From assembly GCA_963841135.1 (NCBI GenBank), contig CAWJBJ010000004.1, positions 277,306-341,305 of the forward strand: a DNA stretch of 64,000 nucleotides, read 5' to 3'. The position numbers and the translations under genes are program-made. Source of the stretch: an uncultured Chloroflexia bacterium (GTDB lineage: Bacteria; Chloroflexota; Limnocylindria; Limnocylindrales; CSP1-4). Shown piece after piece: positions 19,264 through 28,781 of the stretch. The notes under the pieces are model-generated. The model worked only from the letters and a program-made list of their open reading frames with translations, did not search any database and was not told the DNA's origin. How positions within the stretch are numbered: the first letter of the stretch is position 1; each line of letters starts with the position of its first letter.

Positions 19264-20559
19264 ATGTCTGCCCCTTCCGCCGCCGACGGACCGGTCGCCG
19301 GACCATCCTCGCCCGGCCCGCTGGCGGGCCTGCGGGTCGTCGACTGCTCGACGGTCCTCGCGGGCCCGTACTGCACGATGCTCCTCGCGGACCTCGGTGC
19401 CGATGTGGTCAAGGTCGAGCCTCCCGAGGGCGACTCCACGCGCGGCTGGGGGCCGCCCTGGGTCGGCGACGCGGCCGCCGGGACGCGGACCGCCGCGTAC
19501 TTCCTCGCGGTCAACCGCAACAAGCGCAGCATCCGGCTCGACCTCCGGCGAGCGGAGGGGACCGAGGTCCTGCGCCGGCTGCTCGCGCGCAGTGACGTCC
19601 TGGTCGAGAACTACCGGACTGGCGATCTCGCGCGATTCGGGTTCGACGACGCCGAGCTCGCGCGCGTCAATCCCGACCTCGTCCACCTTGCCATCTCGGG
19701 CTACGGGCCGGACGGGCCGTCCGCCGACCGGCCGGGCTACGACTTCGTCATCCAGGCGACGAGCGGGCTCATGTCGATCACCGGCGCGTCCGACGCCGAC
19801 GGGGGCGGCCCGATGAAGGTCGGTGTCGCGATCAGCGACGTCGTGTCCGGGATGCTCGGCGCGGTGAGCGTCCTCGCGGCACTCGTGGGCCGGGAGTGGA
19901 CTCGCGATGCGCCGCGATCCGACGATCCGGGCGGCGGACCGGGAACCGGCCAGAGGATCGACGTCTCGCTGCTCGGCTCCACGCTCGCGTCGCTCGTGAA
20001 CCAGGCACAGAACGCGTTCGTCGGCGGCGCCGCGCCGCGGCGGCGCGGCAACGCCCACCCGAACATCGTCCCGTACGAGACCTTCGCCACCGCCGACGGG
20101 GAGATCGCCATCGCGGTCGGCTCGGAGCGCCAGTGGCCGCGGTTCTGCGCGGCCATCGGGCTCCCGGCGCTCGCCGATGACGCCCGGTTCGCGACCAACG
20201 GCGATCGCGTCGAGCATCGCGCGGAGCTCCGTCACCTCCTCGCCGAGCGGCTGGGTCAGCGCTCCAGCGCGGACTGGCTGGGCGCCCTGGAGGCGGCCGA
20301 GATCCCGGCGGGGCCGATCCGAGACATCGTCGAGGCGTTCGCCTCACCGGAGGCGGTCGCGCGCGGGATGACGGTGGCGATGACGCATCCGGCCTGGGGC
20401 GTCATCCGGCAGGTGGGCGTGCCGTTCGAGCTGTCCCGGACTCCGGCCACCATCCGCACGCCGCCACCCGTGCTCGGCGAAGGGACAGACGCGATCCTCG
20501 CGGAGCTCGGCTACGACGCCCAGGCGATCGCGGTGCTGCGCGAGTCTGAGGTCGTCTGA
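19264..20559 (+). CDS. CaiB/BaiF family III CoA-transferase
   Basis: PLAGLRVVD, AGP...LADLGADVVKVE, NRNKRS, SGYG, PGYD. Confidence 0.93.
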   Translation: MSAPSAADGPVAGPSSPGPLAGLRVVDCSTVLAGPYCTMLLADLGADVVKVEPPEGDSTRGWGPPWVGDAAAGTRTAAYFLAVNRNKRSIRLDLRRAEGTEVLRRLLARSDVLVENYRTGDLARFGFDDAELARVNPDLVHLAISGYGPDGPSADRPGYDFVIQATSGLMSITGASDADGGGPMKVGVAISDVVSGMLGAVSVLAALVGREWTRDAPRSDDPGGGPGTGQRIDVSLLGSTLASLVNQAQNAFVGGAAPRRRGNAHPNIVPYETFATADGEIAIAVGSERQWPRFCAAIGLPALADDARFATNGDRVEHRAELRHLLAERLGQRSSADWLGALEAAEIPAGPIRDIVEAFASPEAVARGMTVAMTHPAWGVIRQVGVPFELSRTPATIRTPPPVLGEGTDAILAELGYDAQAIAVLRESEVV

Positions 20560-20578
20560 TCCTTGCCCTGCGGGGCAG

Positions 20579-21247
20579 TCAGGTGGAGCGCTTCTCCGGG
20601 TCCAGCTTCCACACCCGGTACGAGTAGGCGAAGACGGCGACGAGTCCGACCACCGCGGATCCGAGGACCGCGATGACGACCAGAACCTCGCGGACGCCGA
20701 GCACCCCGAGAACGACGAGCACGAGGCCCTCGACGACGAAGAGCCGGCCGCCGATCCGATGGGTCCGGGCCCAGGACAGGTCGCTCGCGAGGGTCCAGGG
20801 GGTTCGGATGCCCATGATGTAGTTGGGCCGGACCTTGGGCAGGTAGTTGCCGACCACGACGAGGAGCGCGCCGATGCCGATGAGGATGGGCTGCGTCACG
20901 TCGAACACCGCTCCCAGCGCGGCGGCGATGAACATGACGTGCACGGCGCCCATCAGGAGGATCGCGGCGATCCACACGGCGCCGTATGCCTTGGAAGAGC
21001 GCTCGAGATTGGCCCGTCGCGGCTCGTATCGCGGGATGACCGCAAGGATGGCCGCCAGCACGGCCGTCAAGACCGGCAGGAAGAAGAGGCCGGTCTCCTT
21101 CGGGGCGTAGGCATCGATCTGGCCGTCGATCCCCCAATGCACCGGGACCTGCGCGCCGGCCGGGAGCTGCGTGAAGGTCCAGGCGGAGACCAGGAGCATC
21201 GCGGCGATCACGCCGGCGCTGAACAGGATCATCGGTCGGCGGTTCAT
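20579..21247 (-). CDS. SdpI family immunity membrane protein
   Basis: VPVHWG..G..D, GNYLPKV.PN..MGIRTPWTL...W..THR.GG. Confidence 0.9.
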   Translation of the reverse strand: MNRRPMILFSAGVIAAMLLVSAWTFTQLPAGAQVPVHWGIDGQIDAYAPKETGLFFLPVLTAVLAAILAVIPRYEPRRANLERSSKAYGAVWIAAILLMGAVHVMFIAAALGAVFDVTQPILIGIGALLVVVGNYLPKVRPNYIMGIRTPWTLASDLSWARTHRIGGRLFVVEGLVLVVLGVLGVREVLVVIAVLGSAVVGLVAVFAYSYRVWKLDPEKRST

Positions 21248-21519
21248 CGCGGCTCCTTGCGTTCGATCTGGAAGACGTCCATGAGGGCAGCCAGCGCCTC
21301 CTCGAGCACGGAGACGTTCAGGTGATAGGTGATCGTCGAGCCGTTCCGGTCGGAGTCGATGAGGTCCGCGTCGCGAAGCACGGCGAAGTGGCCGGACATG
21401 GTCGGCCAGGAGAGGTCGAACTGGGCGGCGAGCTCACCCGCGGTCATGTCGCGGTCCCGCAGGAGGGCCAGCACCCGACGCCGGGTCGGGTCGGCGAGGG
21501 CCTTGTAGACACGGTTTAT
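21244..21519 (-). CDS. ArsR family repressor, SdpR-like (probable ATA start at 21519)
   Basis: (M)NRVYKALADPTRRRVLALL...MTAGELA..F..S.PT.S.HF..L; AGGAG lies 9 nt before the ATA. Confidence 0.88.
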   Translation of the reverse strand: MNRVYKALADPTRRRVLALLRDRDMTAGELAAQFDLSWPTMSGHFAVLRDADLIDSDRNGSTITYHLNVSVLEEALAALMDVFQIERKEPR

Positions 21520-21526
21520 TTCGTCA

Positions 21527-21577
21527 TTCTCCTAATTAGGTGATTGCCAAGATAGCGATGCCACCCGCCGGCGTCAA
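21527..21577 (-). promoter_or_regulatory. Promoter and palindromic operator of the sdpR-sdpI-like operon
   Basis: TTGACG-17-TATCTT; near-perfect palindrome TCACCTAATTAGGAGA covering the predicted TSS and RBS. Confidence 0.75.
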
Positions 21578-21695
21578 GTGCTCGAGTGCACGTGCAGGGA
21601 TGCATCGACCGTCGGTCTGATCGCCACGGGCCCCCTGCTAGACTCGGCCCGCTCGAACGGACCCCTTGACCGCTCGATCCTGGAGGCGCAACCCG

Positions 21696-22517
21696 ATGAC
21701 CGACGACCGCGAGCGCTGGGCCCTGATCCTCGGTGGCTCGTCGGGCATGGGCGAGGCGACCGCGATCACGCTCGCGAAGGCCGGCTACAAGATCATCGGC
21801 ATCCATCTCGACTTCCGGGCGGCCCTTGCCCACGTCGGCGAGGTCAAGGCGGCGATCGAGGCGGCCGGCTCCGAGGCCCTCTACATCAACATGAACGCGG
21901 CCGACGACGAGAAGCGGGCCGCCGCGCTGACCGCCATTCGCGAGCGGTTCGACCGGTCGGTCGCCGAGGGACGGCATCCCTACGTCCGCGTCGTCATGCA
22001 CTCGCTCGCCTTCGGTTCGCTCGTGCCGTTCCTCGCCGAGGACCCGAAGGCGGCGGTCGACCGCAAGAAGATGGAGATGACCCAGGACGTGATGGCCAAC
22101 AGCCTCGTCTACTGGGTCCAGGACCTGTGGCACGGAGGGTTCCTCGAGTCCGGCTCGAAGATCTACGCGATGACCTCCGAGGGCTCGACGCGGGTCGTCC
22201 CGTCGTACGGGGTCGTGTCGTCGGCGAAGGCGGCGCTCGAGGCGCACATCCGCCAACTGGCCATGGAGCTCGCCCGCCACGGCACGGGCGCCACCGCGAA
22301 CTGCATCCGGGCGGGCGTGACGGTCACCCCCGCGCTGCTCAAGATCCCCGAGTCGCAGACGATGATCGACATCACGATGAAGCGGAACCCGACGGGGCGC
22401 ATGACGACGCCGCAGGACGTCGCAAACGCGATCCTCGCGCTCTCGGGCGAGGGGACGGAGTTCATCAACGGCGACATCATCAGCGTCGACGGCGGCGAAT
22501 TCATCACGGGCTCGTAG
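21696..22517 (+). CDS. SDR oxidoreductase (enoyl-ACP reductase FabL-like)
   Basis: LILGGSSGMG, YGVVSSAKAALE, ISVDGG. Confidence 0.85.
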   Translation: MTDDRERWALILGGSSGMGEATAITLAKAGYKIIGIHLDFRAALAHVGEVKAAIEAAGSEALYINMNAADDEKRAAALTAIRERFDRSVAEGRHPYVRVVMHSLAFGSLVPFLAEDPKAAVDRKKMEMTQDVMANSLVYWVQDLWHGGFLESGSKIYAMTSEGSTRVVPSYGVVSSAKAALEAHIRQLAMELARHGTGATANCIRAGVTVTPALLKIPESQTMIDITMKRNPTGRMTTPQDVANAILALSGEGTEFINGDIISVDGGEFITGS

Positions 22518-22524
22518 GCGCCCG

Positions 22525-23445
22525 ATGGCCGGACGCGTCATCGTCGTCGGCTCGGTCAACGTCGACCAGGTCGTCACCCTCGACCAGATGCCTGCGGCGG
22601 GTGAGACCGTCATCGGCGGTCGATACGAACGGCATCCAGGGGGGAAGGGCGGGAACCAGGCGGTCGCGGCCGCGCGCCTCGGCGCCACGGTCGTGTTCAT
22701 CGGCGCGATCGGTGACGACGATCTCGGGCAGACCGCGCGCGAGGCGCTCGCGACCGAGGGCATCGACCTGACGCGGCTGGTCGTGCTCGACGGGGAACCG
22801 ACCGGCGTCGCGCTCATCATGGTCGACCGCACCGGTGAGAACCGGATCGCCGTCGCGGGCGGCGCGAACATGGCGCTCGACTCGGTCCAGGTCCGCGACG
22901 CGCTCAAGCGGCTGGCCCTGACCAAGGACGATGTCGTCCTGGTCGGCCACGAGATCCGGACCGGCGCCACCCACGAGGCGCTCCGGCTCGGTCGGATCGC
23001 GGGCGCGACGACGATCCTCAACCCGGCGCCAGCCGGCGGGCTCGCTCGCCCGACCCTCGACCTGGCCGACATCCTCACGCCGAACCGGGGCGAGCTCGTG
23101 ACCCTGGCCGGCGGCGAGGGCAAGCCGGGCAAGCTCGCGAAGCGCCTGCTCGACACGCCCGCGGGCGAACGTGCGGTGCTCGTCAGCCTCGGAGCGGAGG
23201 GAGCCCTGCTGGTCCGGAAGGCTGGCACGACCGCGATCCCGGCACTCCCCGTCGAAGCGGTGGACACCGTGGGCGCCGGCGATGCGCTCAACGGCGCCCT
23301 CGCCGCGGGGCTGGCCGCAGGACAGGATCTCGAGGCTGCCACGCGCCGGGCCGTGGCCGCTGCGAGTCTGGCGGTCACGAAGGCCGGGGCACGCGCAGGG
23401 ATGCCGACGGCGCCGGAGTTGAAGCGCGCGCTGGCCAAGGCCTGA
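22525..23445 (+). CDS. rbsK: Ribokinase (PfkB family)
   Basis: VGSVNVD, GGKGGNQA, LNPAPA, PN.GE, VDTVGAGD. Confidence 0.88.
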   Translation: MAGRVIVVGSVNVDQVVTLDQMPAAGETVIGGRYERHPGGKGGNQAVAAARLGATVVFIGAIGDDDLGQTAREALATEGIDLTRLVVLDGEPTGVALIMVDRTGENRIAVAGGANMALDSVQVRDALKRLALTKDDVVLVGHEIRTGATHEALRLGRIAGATTILNPAPAGGLARPTLDLADILTPNRGELVTLAGGEGKPGKLAKRLLDTPAGERAVLVSLGAEGALLVRKAGTTAIPALPVEAVDTVGAGDALNGALAAGLAAGQDLEAATRRAVAAASLAVTKAGARAGMPTAPELKRALAKA

Positions 23446-23472
23446 CGGGCAGTCGCCCGGACCGGACTCCGG

Positions 23473-24324
23473 TCAGCCGACGGCGGACGGTGCTCGTCGC
23501 GCGGCGAGGAAGCCGTTGCGTGGCGACAGCAGCAGGGCGACCCCGAAGAGCACGGTCTCGATGAGCACGATCGCCGCGCCGGACGCGACGTTCATGTAGA
23601 AGCTGACGTAGAGGCCCACGATCGTGGACACGACCGCGATCCCGACCGCCAGGAGCACGAGCCGGTCGAATCGGATGACCAGCAGCTGGGCGGTCGCGGC
23701 CGGCGTGCAGAGCATGGCCACGACGAGGATGATCCCGACGGCCTGGATGCTCACGACGATCGTCACGCCGAGCATGGCCAGGAGCAGGTACTCGAGTCGC
23801 GTCACCGGCAGACCGGACGCGGCGGCCCCGGCCGGGTCGAACGTCGCGTAGAGCAGCTCCTTGCGCAGGACCAGCACGACCACGAGCACGACCGCCCCGA
23901 GCACCCCGACCTGGACCAGGTCCGCCTCGCTGATCCCGAGCACGTTGCCGAGGAGATAGCCGAAGAGGTCGGTGACGTAGCCGCGAATCGTGCTGAACAG
24001 CAGCACGCCGAGCGCGAAGGTCCCGGCGAAGAGCACGCCGACCGCGGTGTCGAAGCGCAGGTTGCCGCGCCGCGACACCACGCCGATCGCCAGCGCTGTC
24101 GATACCGCGGCGACCGCCCCGCCGATGTACAGCGGGATCCCGGTGAGATAGGCGATGACGAGCCCCGGGAACGCGGCGTGGCTGACCGCATCGCCGATGA
24201 ACGCGAGGCCCTTGAGCACGACGAAGGCGCCCATCACCGCGCAGACGATGCCGACGATCAGCGCCGCTACGAGGCCCCGCTGCATGAAGCCGTAGGTCAG
24301 CGGATCCACGAGCAGCTCGATCAT
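23473..24324 (-). CDS. Zn/Mn ABC transporter permease
   Basis: GDAVSHAAFPG, YLLGNVL, TFDP..A, VGIILV.AML..PA.TA. Confidence 0.92.
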   Translation of the reverse strand: MIELLVDPLTYGFMQRGLVAALIVGIVCAVMGAFVVLKGLAFIGDAVSHAAFPGLVIAYLTGIPLYIGGAVAAVSTALAIGVVSRRGNLRFDTAVGVLFAGTFALGVLLFSTIRGYVTDLFGYLLGNVLGISEADLVQVGVLGAVVLVVVLVLRKELLYATFDPAGAAASGLPVTRLEYLLLAMLGVTIVVSIQAVGIILVVAMLCTPAATAQLLVIRFDRLVLLAVGIAVVSTIVGLYVSFYMNVASGAAIVLIETVLFGVALLLSPRNGFLAARRAPSAVG

Positions 24325-25148
24325 CGTCGGGCCTCCTCGTGGTAGTGAGGCTCCTTGCCGGACGCCTGGTCGTGGTGGTGGGCGTCATCGAGGATAAGCG
24401 TCGCCCCGGCGAGGTCGGGCAGGACGAGCACGTGACCGCCGTACGTCTCCGCGAGCAGGTGCTGGTCGAGGATCAGGTCCTTCGCCGGGCCGACCGCCAC
24501 GATCCGGCGGTTGACGAGCACGGCGTCCTGGAACCGGTGCGCCGCGCAGGCGAGGTCATGGGTCGTGGCCACGACCGTCTTGCCGGCGCGCGCCTCGGCC
24601 TCGAGGACGTCCATGAGCTCCTCCTGCGTCGTGGCGTCGACGCCGGTCACCGGCTCATCGAGGAGGTACAGGTCGGGCGCCGCCGCGAGCGCCCGGGCGA
24701 GGAAGACCCGCCGCCGCTGGCCGCCGGACAGCTCCCCGATCTGGCGGTCGCGCTCCGCGGTCATCGCCACGGTCTCCAGCGCGCTTGCCACGGCTGCGTG
24801 GTCGGTCTTGCCGGGCCCCCGTCCGATCCCGATCGCCGGATAGCGACCCATCATCACGACCTCCCCGACCGTGACCGGGAAGCTCCAGTCGACCAGCTCC
24901 GCCTGCGGCACGTACGCGATCCGTCGTGCCGCGACACCCGGCGGACCGCCGAGGACCTCGACGGTGCCGGCCCGCGGCTGCAGCAGCCCGGCGATGACCT
25001 TGAGGAGCGTGCTCTTGCCGGCCCCATTCGGACCGATGATCGCAAGGAGCGAGCCGCGATGGATGGACAGGCCGACGCCATCGAGCGCCGTCCGGTCGCC
25101 GTACCCGGCGGTGACGCCATCGAGCCGGACCGCGTCGTCGATCGCTAT
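24321..25148 (-). CDS. Zn/Mn ABC transporter ATP-binding protein (probable ATA start at 25148)
   Basis: Frame open from 25148 with GPNGAGKS Walker A upstream of the first GTG; YVPQ, LSGGQ, LLDEP; His-rich C-terminal tail. Confidence 0.9.
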   Translation of the reverse strand: MAIDDAVRLDGVTAGYGDRTALDGVGLSIHRGSLLAIIGPNGAGKSTLLKVIAGLLQPRAGTVEVLGGPPGVAARRIAYVPQAELVDWSFPVTVGEVVMMGRYPAIGIGRGPGKTDHAAVASALETVAMTAERDRQIGELSGGQRRRVFLARALAAAPDLYLLDEPVTGVDATTQEELMDVLEAEARAGKTVVATTHDLACAAHRFQDAVLVNRRIVAVGPAKDLILDQHLLAETYGGHVLVLPDLAGATLILDDAHHHDQASGKEPHYHEEARR

Positions 25149-26098
25149 CGCAGGGCCTCCACGATGCTCGTCACGTTCCAGCGCATCATCCCCAGGTACG
25201 TGTCGGCCGGGGCCGGGCCGAGGGCATCGTTATACAGGGTCGTGACGACCGTCGCGATGCCGGCCTCCCGAGCGAGCGTCTCGGCCAGCGCCGGACTGAA
25301 CTGGGCCTCGCTGAACACGGCCTTGACGCCCGCCGCCTTGACGGCGTCGATGAGGGCCGCGAGCTCGTGCGCGGACGGCTCCTGCCCGGGATTCGCGAGG
25401 ACCACCCCGACCAACTCGAAGCCGTAGTGGCGCGCGAAGTACGGGAACGCGTCGTGGAACGTCACGAGCTTTCGACTCGGCGGCGGGATCGTGTCGACCG
25501 CGGCCAGCGTTTCGCGGTCCATCGCCTCGATCGCGGCTCGGTAGGCCGCCGCGTTGTCACGGTAGGTCGCCGCCCCTGGCGGATCGATCGCCGCGAGCGC
25601 GGCTTCGATGGCCGGCAGATAGCCGGAGACGACCAGGCTCGGATCGAGCCAGAAGTGCGGGTTCGGCTCGCCGTCCACGACGATGGGCGGGATCTTCTCC
25701 CCGAGGATGAGTCGCGGCGCGTCATTGCCGTTCGCCTCGACGAGACCGTCGAGGAAGTCGTCGAGGCCCACCCCGTTGGACACGATGAGATCGGCACCGT
25801 CGAGCGCCCGGGCGTCGTCCGGCTTGGGCTCGTAGTCCTCGGGACCGACGCCGGCCGGGATGATCGAGCGGACGGCGACCCGGTCGCCACCGACGTTCGC
25901 GACGATGTCGGCGAAGACCGTCGTGGTCGCCACGACCTGGAGGGAGCTGTCGTCGGGCGACCGGGAGGGTCCGGTCGAGCAGGCCGCGACGACGAGGATC
26001 GCCACCGCGAGCATGGTCGCGATCGACCGCGGTCGGTCGGGCCGTGCATTGATATCGAGTCTCATCCCTCGTCGCGGTCGGATCGTCACGGCAGTCAT
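25145..26098 (-). CDS. Zn/Mn ABC substrate-binding lipoprotein (start uncertain)
   Basis: VAAC lipobox; DYEPKP, NG.GL, NPHFWLD, HDAFPYFA, EP.A. Confidence 0.9.
   Translation of the reverse strand: MTAVTIRPRRGMRLDINARPDRPRSIATMLAVAILVVAACSTGPSRSPDDSSLQVVATTTVFADIVANVGGDRVAVRSIIPAGVGPEDYEPKPDDARALDGADLIVSNGVGLDDFLDGLVEANGNDAPRLILGEKIPPIVVDGEPNPHFWLDPSLVVSGYLPAIEAALAAIDPPGAATYRDNAAAYRAAIEAMDRETLAAVDTIPPPSRKLVTFHDAFPYFARHYGFELVGVVLANPGQEPSAHELAALIDAVKAAGVKAVFSEAQFSPALAETLAREAGIATVVTTLYNDALGPAPADTYLGMMRWNVTSIVEALR
26049..26065. promoter_or_regulatory. Putative Fur/Zur-type operator
   Basis: Imperfect palindrome TTGATATCGAGTCTCAT; sister box at 26596-26612. Confidence 0.5.
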
Positions 26099-26112
26099 CG
26101 GTCGATCGAGGG

Positions 26113-26565
26113 TCAGGCGCTGCGCCGCGAGCCCGCGGCGGCGATCGCCTGGCAGGCCGGGCACACCCCGAAGAGCTCGAGACGGTGTTCGTCGACGCGG
26201 AACCCGGTCCGCCGGGCGACCTCGCGGACCACCGACCGAAGGCCGGCGTCCGGGATCTCGGCGGTCCGCCCGCATTCCGAGCACACGACGTGGTGGTGGT
26301 GGCTCGTCGCACACCCGACGTAGGCATGCTCGCCGCTCGGCAGGTCCAGGCGCTCGACGACGCCGAGCTCCGAGAGGACCTCGAGCGTGCGGAAGATGGT
26401 GGCCCGACCGATCGGCAGCCGGCGTGCTCGCGCGGCATCCACCAGCTCGGCGGCCGTGAAGTGCCCGGTCCGGTCGGCGATGAGCTGGGCGACGGCCCGA
26501 CGCGGCTCGGTCAGGCGGTACCCGGCGCGATCGAGTGCGAGGACCAGCGGCTCGGCATCTCCCAT
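26113..26565 (-). CDS. Fur family transcriptional regulator (Zur-like)
   Basis: RLT..R, HFTA, ATIFRTL, HHHHVVC..CG, H.LEL.G.C..C. Confidence 0.93.
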   Translation of the reverse strand: MGDAEPLVLALDRAGYRLTEPRRAVAQLIADRTGHFTAAELVDAARARRLPIGRATIFRTLEVLSELGVVERLDLPSGEHAYVGCATSHHHHVVCSECGRTAEIPDAGLRSVVREVARRTGFRVDEHRLELFGVCPACQAIAAAGSRRSA

Positions 26566-26595
26566 GCGATGGACGATAGCACGAATCGCGCCTTA

Positions 26596-26612
26596 TCGCG
26601 ACTGAGTCTCAA
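26596..26612. promoter_or_regulatory. Putative Fur/Zur-type operator
   Basis: TCGCGACTGAGTCTCAA overlapping the regulator's promoter region. Confidence 0.5.
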
Positions 26613-26736
26613 TAGAGGTCCATGCAGGACCAGCCAGGATCCACCGCTCCACCGCTCGATGCACCGAACGTACGTCGTCCCGCCGGGACCTTCGGCCCGG
26701 GGTGCGGCGGTGTCCCGGCGCGCCACACTCCGCTCG

Positions 26737-27573
26737 ATGGCCATGAATCCCCTGCGCGGTGCATCGGCGTCACTCCGACGGAGCTGGCGTGGGTTGCCGC
26801 GCCCGCAATTGCCGGGCGGCTCGAAGCCGCCGCGCACGCCGAGCTACGGCATCGGCGATCGCGACGCGCACGTCTTCAACTGCCCGGTCTGCGCGCGCCC
26901 GCTGCCCGATGGCACGTGGGAGTGCCCCGGCTGCAGCACCCACCTGATCTTCGGCGTCACGTTCCGGCGCGCGGGCGGCCTTCTCGCGTTCGGTGCGGTC
27001 GTCGGGATCCTGTTCGGTGGACTGGCGATGTCGGTCGCGATCGGCCTGGGCCTGCCGACCGGCACGACCGCGGGGAACGGCATCATCGGGAACCCGACGA
27101 ACCCCGGCGGCAGTCCGAAGGCGAGCCTCGCCCCCGGCGCCGCGCCGGTGGTCGTCGCGCCGAAGGCCGCGCTCGCGGCCATGCGCCAGATCGCGCTCCT
27201 CGACGAGCGGATGGCCGCCGACGGCGCGACGCTGAAGGCCGCCGTGAAGGCGAACCGCACGGGCGACATCGCACGCGCGCTGCGAGCCCTCGGTGCCGAC
27301 GCGTCGGTCGGTGCGAAATACCTTACCGGTCTCGGCACCTGGCCCGACGCCGCGGAGATCGCGGTCTCCCGTGAGGCCTTCTACGCATCGGTCGCCTCGA
27401 CGTCCCGAGCGGGCCTGGCGAAGTCCCTGTCGAACAAGAAGGGCTACAAGGCGTCGGGCAAGGCGGTGCTGACCGTGCTCAAGAAGATGCCCAAGCTCGA
27501 TGCCGCCGCGCGCGAGCTCGCCGTCACGGCCGGCGCTGACCTGCCGGTCGTCGACCTCAGCGCGATCAAGTAG
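26737..27573 (+). CDS. Hypothetical membrane protein with N-terminal zinc ribbon
   Basis: CPVC...CPGC, one TM helix, Ala/Lys-rich helical C-terminal domain. Confidence 0.7.
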   Translation: MAMNPLRGASASLRRSWRGLPRPQLPGGSKPPRTPSYGIGDRDAHVFNCPVCARPLPDGTWECPGCSTHLIFGVTFRRAGGLLAFGAVVGILFGGLAMSVAIGLGLPTGTTAGNGIIGNPTNPGGSPKASLAPGAAPVVVAPKAALAAMRQIALLDERMAADGATLKAAVKANRTGDIARALRALGADASVGAKYLTGLGTWPDAAEIAVSREAFYASVASTSRAGLAKSLSNKKGYKASGKAVLTVLKKMPKLDAAARELAVTAGADLPVVDLSAIK

Positions 27574-27580
27574 CGCTCGG

Positions 27581-28781
27581 TCAGGGCACGCCGGCCGGCG
27601 GGGCCGCCGAGACCGTCGCGTAGCCCGTCAGCTCCACGTAGGCCTCCCCCGCGACGTCGTCGCCATCGTGCGTGGCCGTCGACCCGCTGCGACCCCTCCC
27701 AGTAGATGACGCCCGTCGACGCGCGCGTATCGAGCTCCTGCGCGGCGACCGTCGGCGTGAGCCCGATGACGAGGTCCTCGGACGGGATCTCGATGCGCCA
27801 TCCGGCCGGATAGACGGCCCCTGACGTCGGGCTCCGCCACTCCTCGGTCACCGTGACCGAGAACGCGTCCCCCGCGAGGTGCGTGGCCTGCCCCTGGCCG
27901 TCGACCAGCGTCCCGTAGACGAGCGGATAGCTGCCGTCGGCGTCGCGGACGAGCGAGAGCGTGAGATCGGTCCCGTCCGCGAGGTTCACCGCAAACCAGT
28001 CCCAGCCGCCGCCGCCCACCGAGATGAAGTCGCCCCACTGGTGGTCGAACCACGCCTCGCCGTCGACGTCGAGCGATCGGCCGTCGAGGGCGAGGGTGCC
28101 CGAGGCCGTCATCGCCGTCCGCGAGTAGTAGTACGAGCCGCCGCCAGCCCCGAAGTCGATCCAGCCGTCGCGGTCGTGGAGTGCGGGCGGCTTGGTCGCC
28201 TGGAGCGCAAGGTCGAGAGCCAGGCCGCCGGGGACGCCCGCCGCCGCGGCCTCGTCGGGCGCGAGGGCCGCGGCAAGGTGGTCGGATCCGTTCGTGCCCC
28301 GCATCGACCAGGGCGGTCGGCCAGCGGTCTCCGGTCGCGTCGGGTCCAGCCCCGAGAGCGAGAGGTCGAAGCCGACGGGCTCGCCCGTCGTGCTGCCTGG
28401 CGAGCGGTCCACCTGCGGCCCGACCTCCAGGCGCTGCGCATACGCGAACCGGTCGCCAGTCTCGTCGGTCACGGCCAGGTGCGAGGCCCAGGAGGTCGGG
28501 AAGGCGCCCCGCTCGGCGCGGAAGATGACGTACTCGAAGCCGTAGCGACCGCCGCCCGCGTCGCGCAGGTGGCCCGTGTAGTACCACCACTCGGTCAGGC
28601 GATCGTGCGGCCCATCGTCCCGGGGCAGGACCACGGGGAGCGGATCGGCGACCACCACGGGCGACGCGGTCGGTGCCGGCGCGGACGGCCTCGGCGCGGT
28701 CGGATTCGCCAGGATCGGCGCACCAGCCGTGCATCCCGCGACCACCGCCGTGACGAGCACGAGCGCGAGCGGCCGCCTCAT
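27581..28781 (-). CDS. AttH/CrtC-like lipocalin-fold lipoprotein (frameshift near 27677)
   Basis: VAGC lipobox; EWWYYTGHL, SYYYS.T, AWFDHQW, GWDWF, YP..W, YWEG; shifted frame ends GEAYVELTGY...*. Confidence 0.82.
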
